DNA of 20,870 bases from Deferrisomatales bacterium (lineage in GTDB: Bacteria; Desulfobacterota; Deferrisomatia; Deferrisomatales; JACRMM01): the NCBI GenBank assembly GCA_033551855.1, contig JAWSUI010000059.1, forward strand, positions 1 to 20,870, written 5' to 3'. This document shows, piece after piece, positions 19,530 through 20,870 of the stretch (position 1 is its first letter; each line of letters begins with the position of its first letter). The translations under genes and the position numbers were made by a program. The notes under the pieces were generated by a model. That model did no database searches, had not been told where the DNA came from, and worked only from the letters and a program-made list of their open reading frames with translations.

Positions 19530-20582
19530 ATGAGCTTCCACACCCTTGCCTGGAAGGGTGACCGCCTGGTCCTCCTCGACCAGACCCTCTTGCCTGGGGC
19601 CGAGGTGTACCGCGAATACACGGACTACAGGGGGGTGGCCGAGGCGATCTCCGGGATGGTGGTCCGGGGAGCCCCGGCCATCGGCGTCACGGCGGCCTTC
19701 GGCATCGCCCTGGCCGCCCGCGAGCTCGGCAGGGACGGCGCGGAAGAGCTCTGCCGGCGCCTCGAGCCGGTGTACGAGACGCTGCTGGCGACACGCCCGA
19801 CGGCCGTCAACCTCTCCTGGGCCGTCGAACGCATGCGCCGCCGGGCCGAGGGCCTGGTGGGGCGCCCGGGCGAGGAGGCCATCGAGGCCCTGGAAGTGGA
19901 AGCTCTCGCCATCCTCCGGGAGGACGTCGCTGCCAACCGCCGCCTGGGCCGCCTGGGCGCGGAGCTCCTGCCGACGCGGGCCACGGTCCTGACCCACTGC
20001 AACGCGGGGGCCCTGGCCACGGCGGGGTACGGCACGGCGCTGGGGGTGGTGCGGGCGGCCGTGGAGGCGGGCAAGCAGATCGAGGTGCTGGCAGACGAGA
20101 CGCGGCCCTTGCTGCAGGGCGCGCGCCTGACCGCCTGGGAGCTCCTCCGGGACGGGATCCCCGTTACACTGCTCACCGACAACATGGCAGGGTACCGCCT
20201 GGGGAGGGGCGGAGTGGACGCCGTGCTCGTCGGGGCAGACCGCATCGCAGGCAACGGCGACGTGGCCAACAAGATCGGCACGTACCCCCTCTCGGTGCTC
20301 GCCCGGGAGCACGGAGTCCCGTTCTATGTGGCGGCGCCCCTCTCCACGATCGACTTCTCCGTCGAGGACGGCAGCCGGATCCCCATCGAGGAGCGCTCCG
20401 GTCTCGAAGTCACCCACTGGGCCGGCGTCCCCGTCGCCCCCGCGGGGGTGTCGGTGTGGAACCCCGCCTTCGACGTCACCCCCGCCTCCAACGTCTCGGC
20501 CATCATCACCGAGGCCGGGATTGCCAGGCCGCCGTACCGGGAAAGCCTCCGGCTCCTGGCCCAGGCGAGCCCCGCCCCGTAG
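19530..20582 (+). CDS. mtnA: S-methyl-5-thioribose-1-phosphate isomerase (eIF-2B-like family)
   Basis: 350 aa. [89 protein letters not shown]. Confidence 0.95.
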   Translation: MSFHTLAWKGDRLVLLDQTLLPGAEVYREYTDYRGVAEAISGMVVRGAPAIGVTAAFGIALAARELGRDGAEELCRRLEPVYETLLATRPTAVNLSWAVERMRRRAEGLVGRPGEEAIEALEVEALAILREDVAANRRLGRLGAELLPTRATVLTHCNAGALATAGYGTALGVVRAAVEAGKQIEVLADETRPLLQGARLTAWELLRDGIPVTLLTDNMAGYRLGRGGVDAVLVGADRIAGNGDVANKIGTYPLSVLAREHGVPFYVAAPLSTIDFSVEDGSRIPIEERSGLEVTHWAGVPVAPAGVSVWNPAFDVTPASNVSAIITEAGIARPPYRESLRLLAQASPAP

Positions 20583-20764
20583 CACCCCGCGTCCCCTGCA
20601 TCCACCGGGGAACCGCGACCCGCGAGTGTCAGAGACCATCGGCCCGCCCACCCCCCGGGGCCGCGGCCTCGGACCCTGGCGGATGGCTCGATTCACCGGC
20701 AGGGTTTCCCTCTGCCCCGACCCTGCAGTCCGGCCACCGCAGGGACAGCCGCCGCGGGTCGCAA

Positions 20765-20870
20765 GGTTCCACCACCCCATCGTGGGGCGGAGTCCGGGAG
20801 CCCCGGAGAGCAAGCCCGCGCCGCCTCGACCGACCCGCCGAACCCGGCGCACCGGGGCCTGCGGCGACAC
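20765..20870 (+). repeat. Dispersed intergenic repeat, copy 4 (truncated by the window edge)
   Basis: GGTTCCACCACCCCATCG...CCCCGGAGAGCAAGCCCGCGCC aligns with copy 1, and its last 50 nt match copy 3 at 43/50. Confidence 0.8.

Noticed and set aside
19155..20870. 571-aa minus-strand ORF
   Set aside because: It is antisense to mtnA and runs through non-coding repeats, with Arg/Gly/Pro-rich composition.
19262..20870. Repeats considered as a CRISPR array or prophage att sites
   Set aside because: The copies are long, degenerate and kilobases apart, with no regular spacers, cas genes or integrase.

Overview
This is a very GC-rich bacterial chromosomal window. Its gene set and order resemble a deltaproteobacterium/Thermodesulfobacteriota member (inference). 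Most genes lie on the minus strand. In transcription order they are psuG | hemY-fixC-fixX-hemB-polA | zapB-zapA-6S RNA-rny-ymdB | lysS-lolC/E-(TPR + 2x cNMP-binding protein)-lolD-bamA, with bamA cut by the left edge near its C-terminus. mtnA is on the plus strand, divergent from psuG. I saw no CRISPR array, tRNA, rRNA, transposase or phage gene. Four observations stand out. (1) A fixC-fixX pair with no neighbouring fixAB/etfAB overlaps the hemY stop codon and sits between hemY and hemB, suggesting an oxygen-independent electron outlet for HemY. (2) A TPR/tandem cNMP-binding gene sits between lolC/E and lolD. (3) Four degenerate copies of a ~170-205 bp non-coding element with terminal and internal inverted repeats occupy the four largest intergenic gaps. 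(4) The zapA reading frame runs into the 6S RNA. All calls come from reading motifs by eye; no database searches were run.
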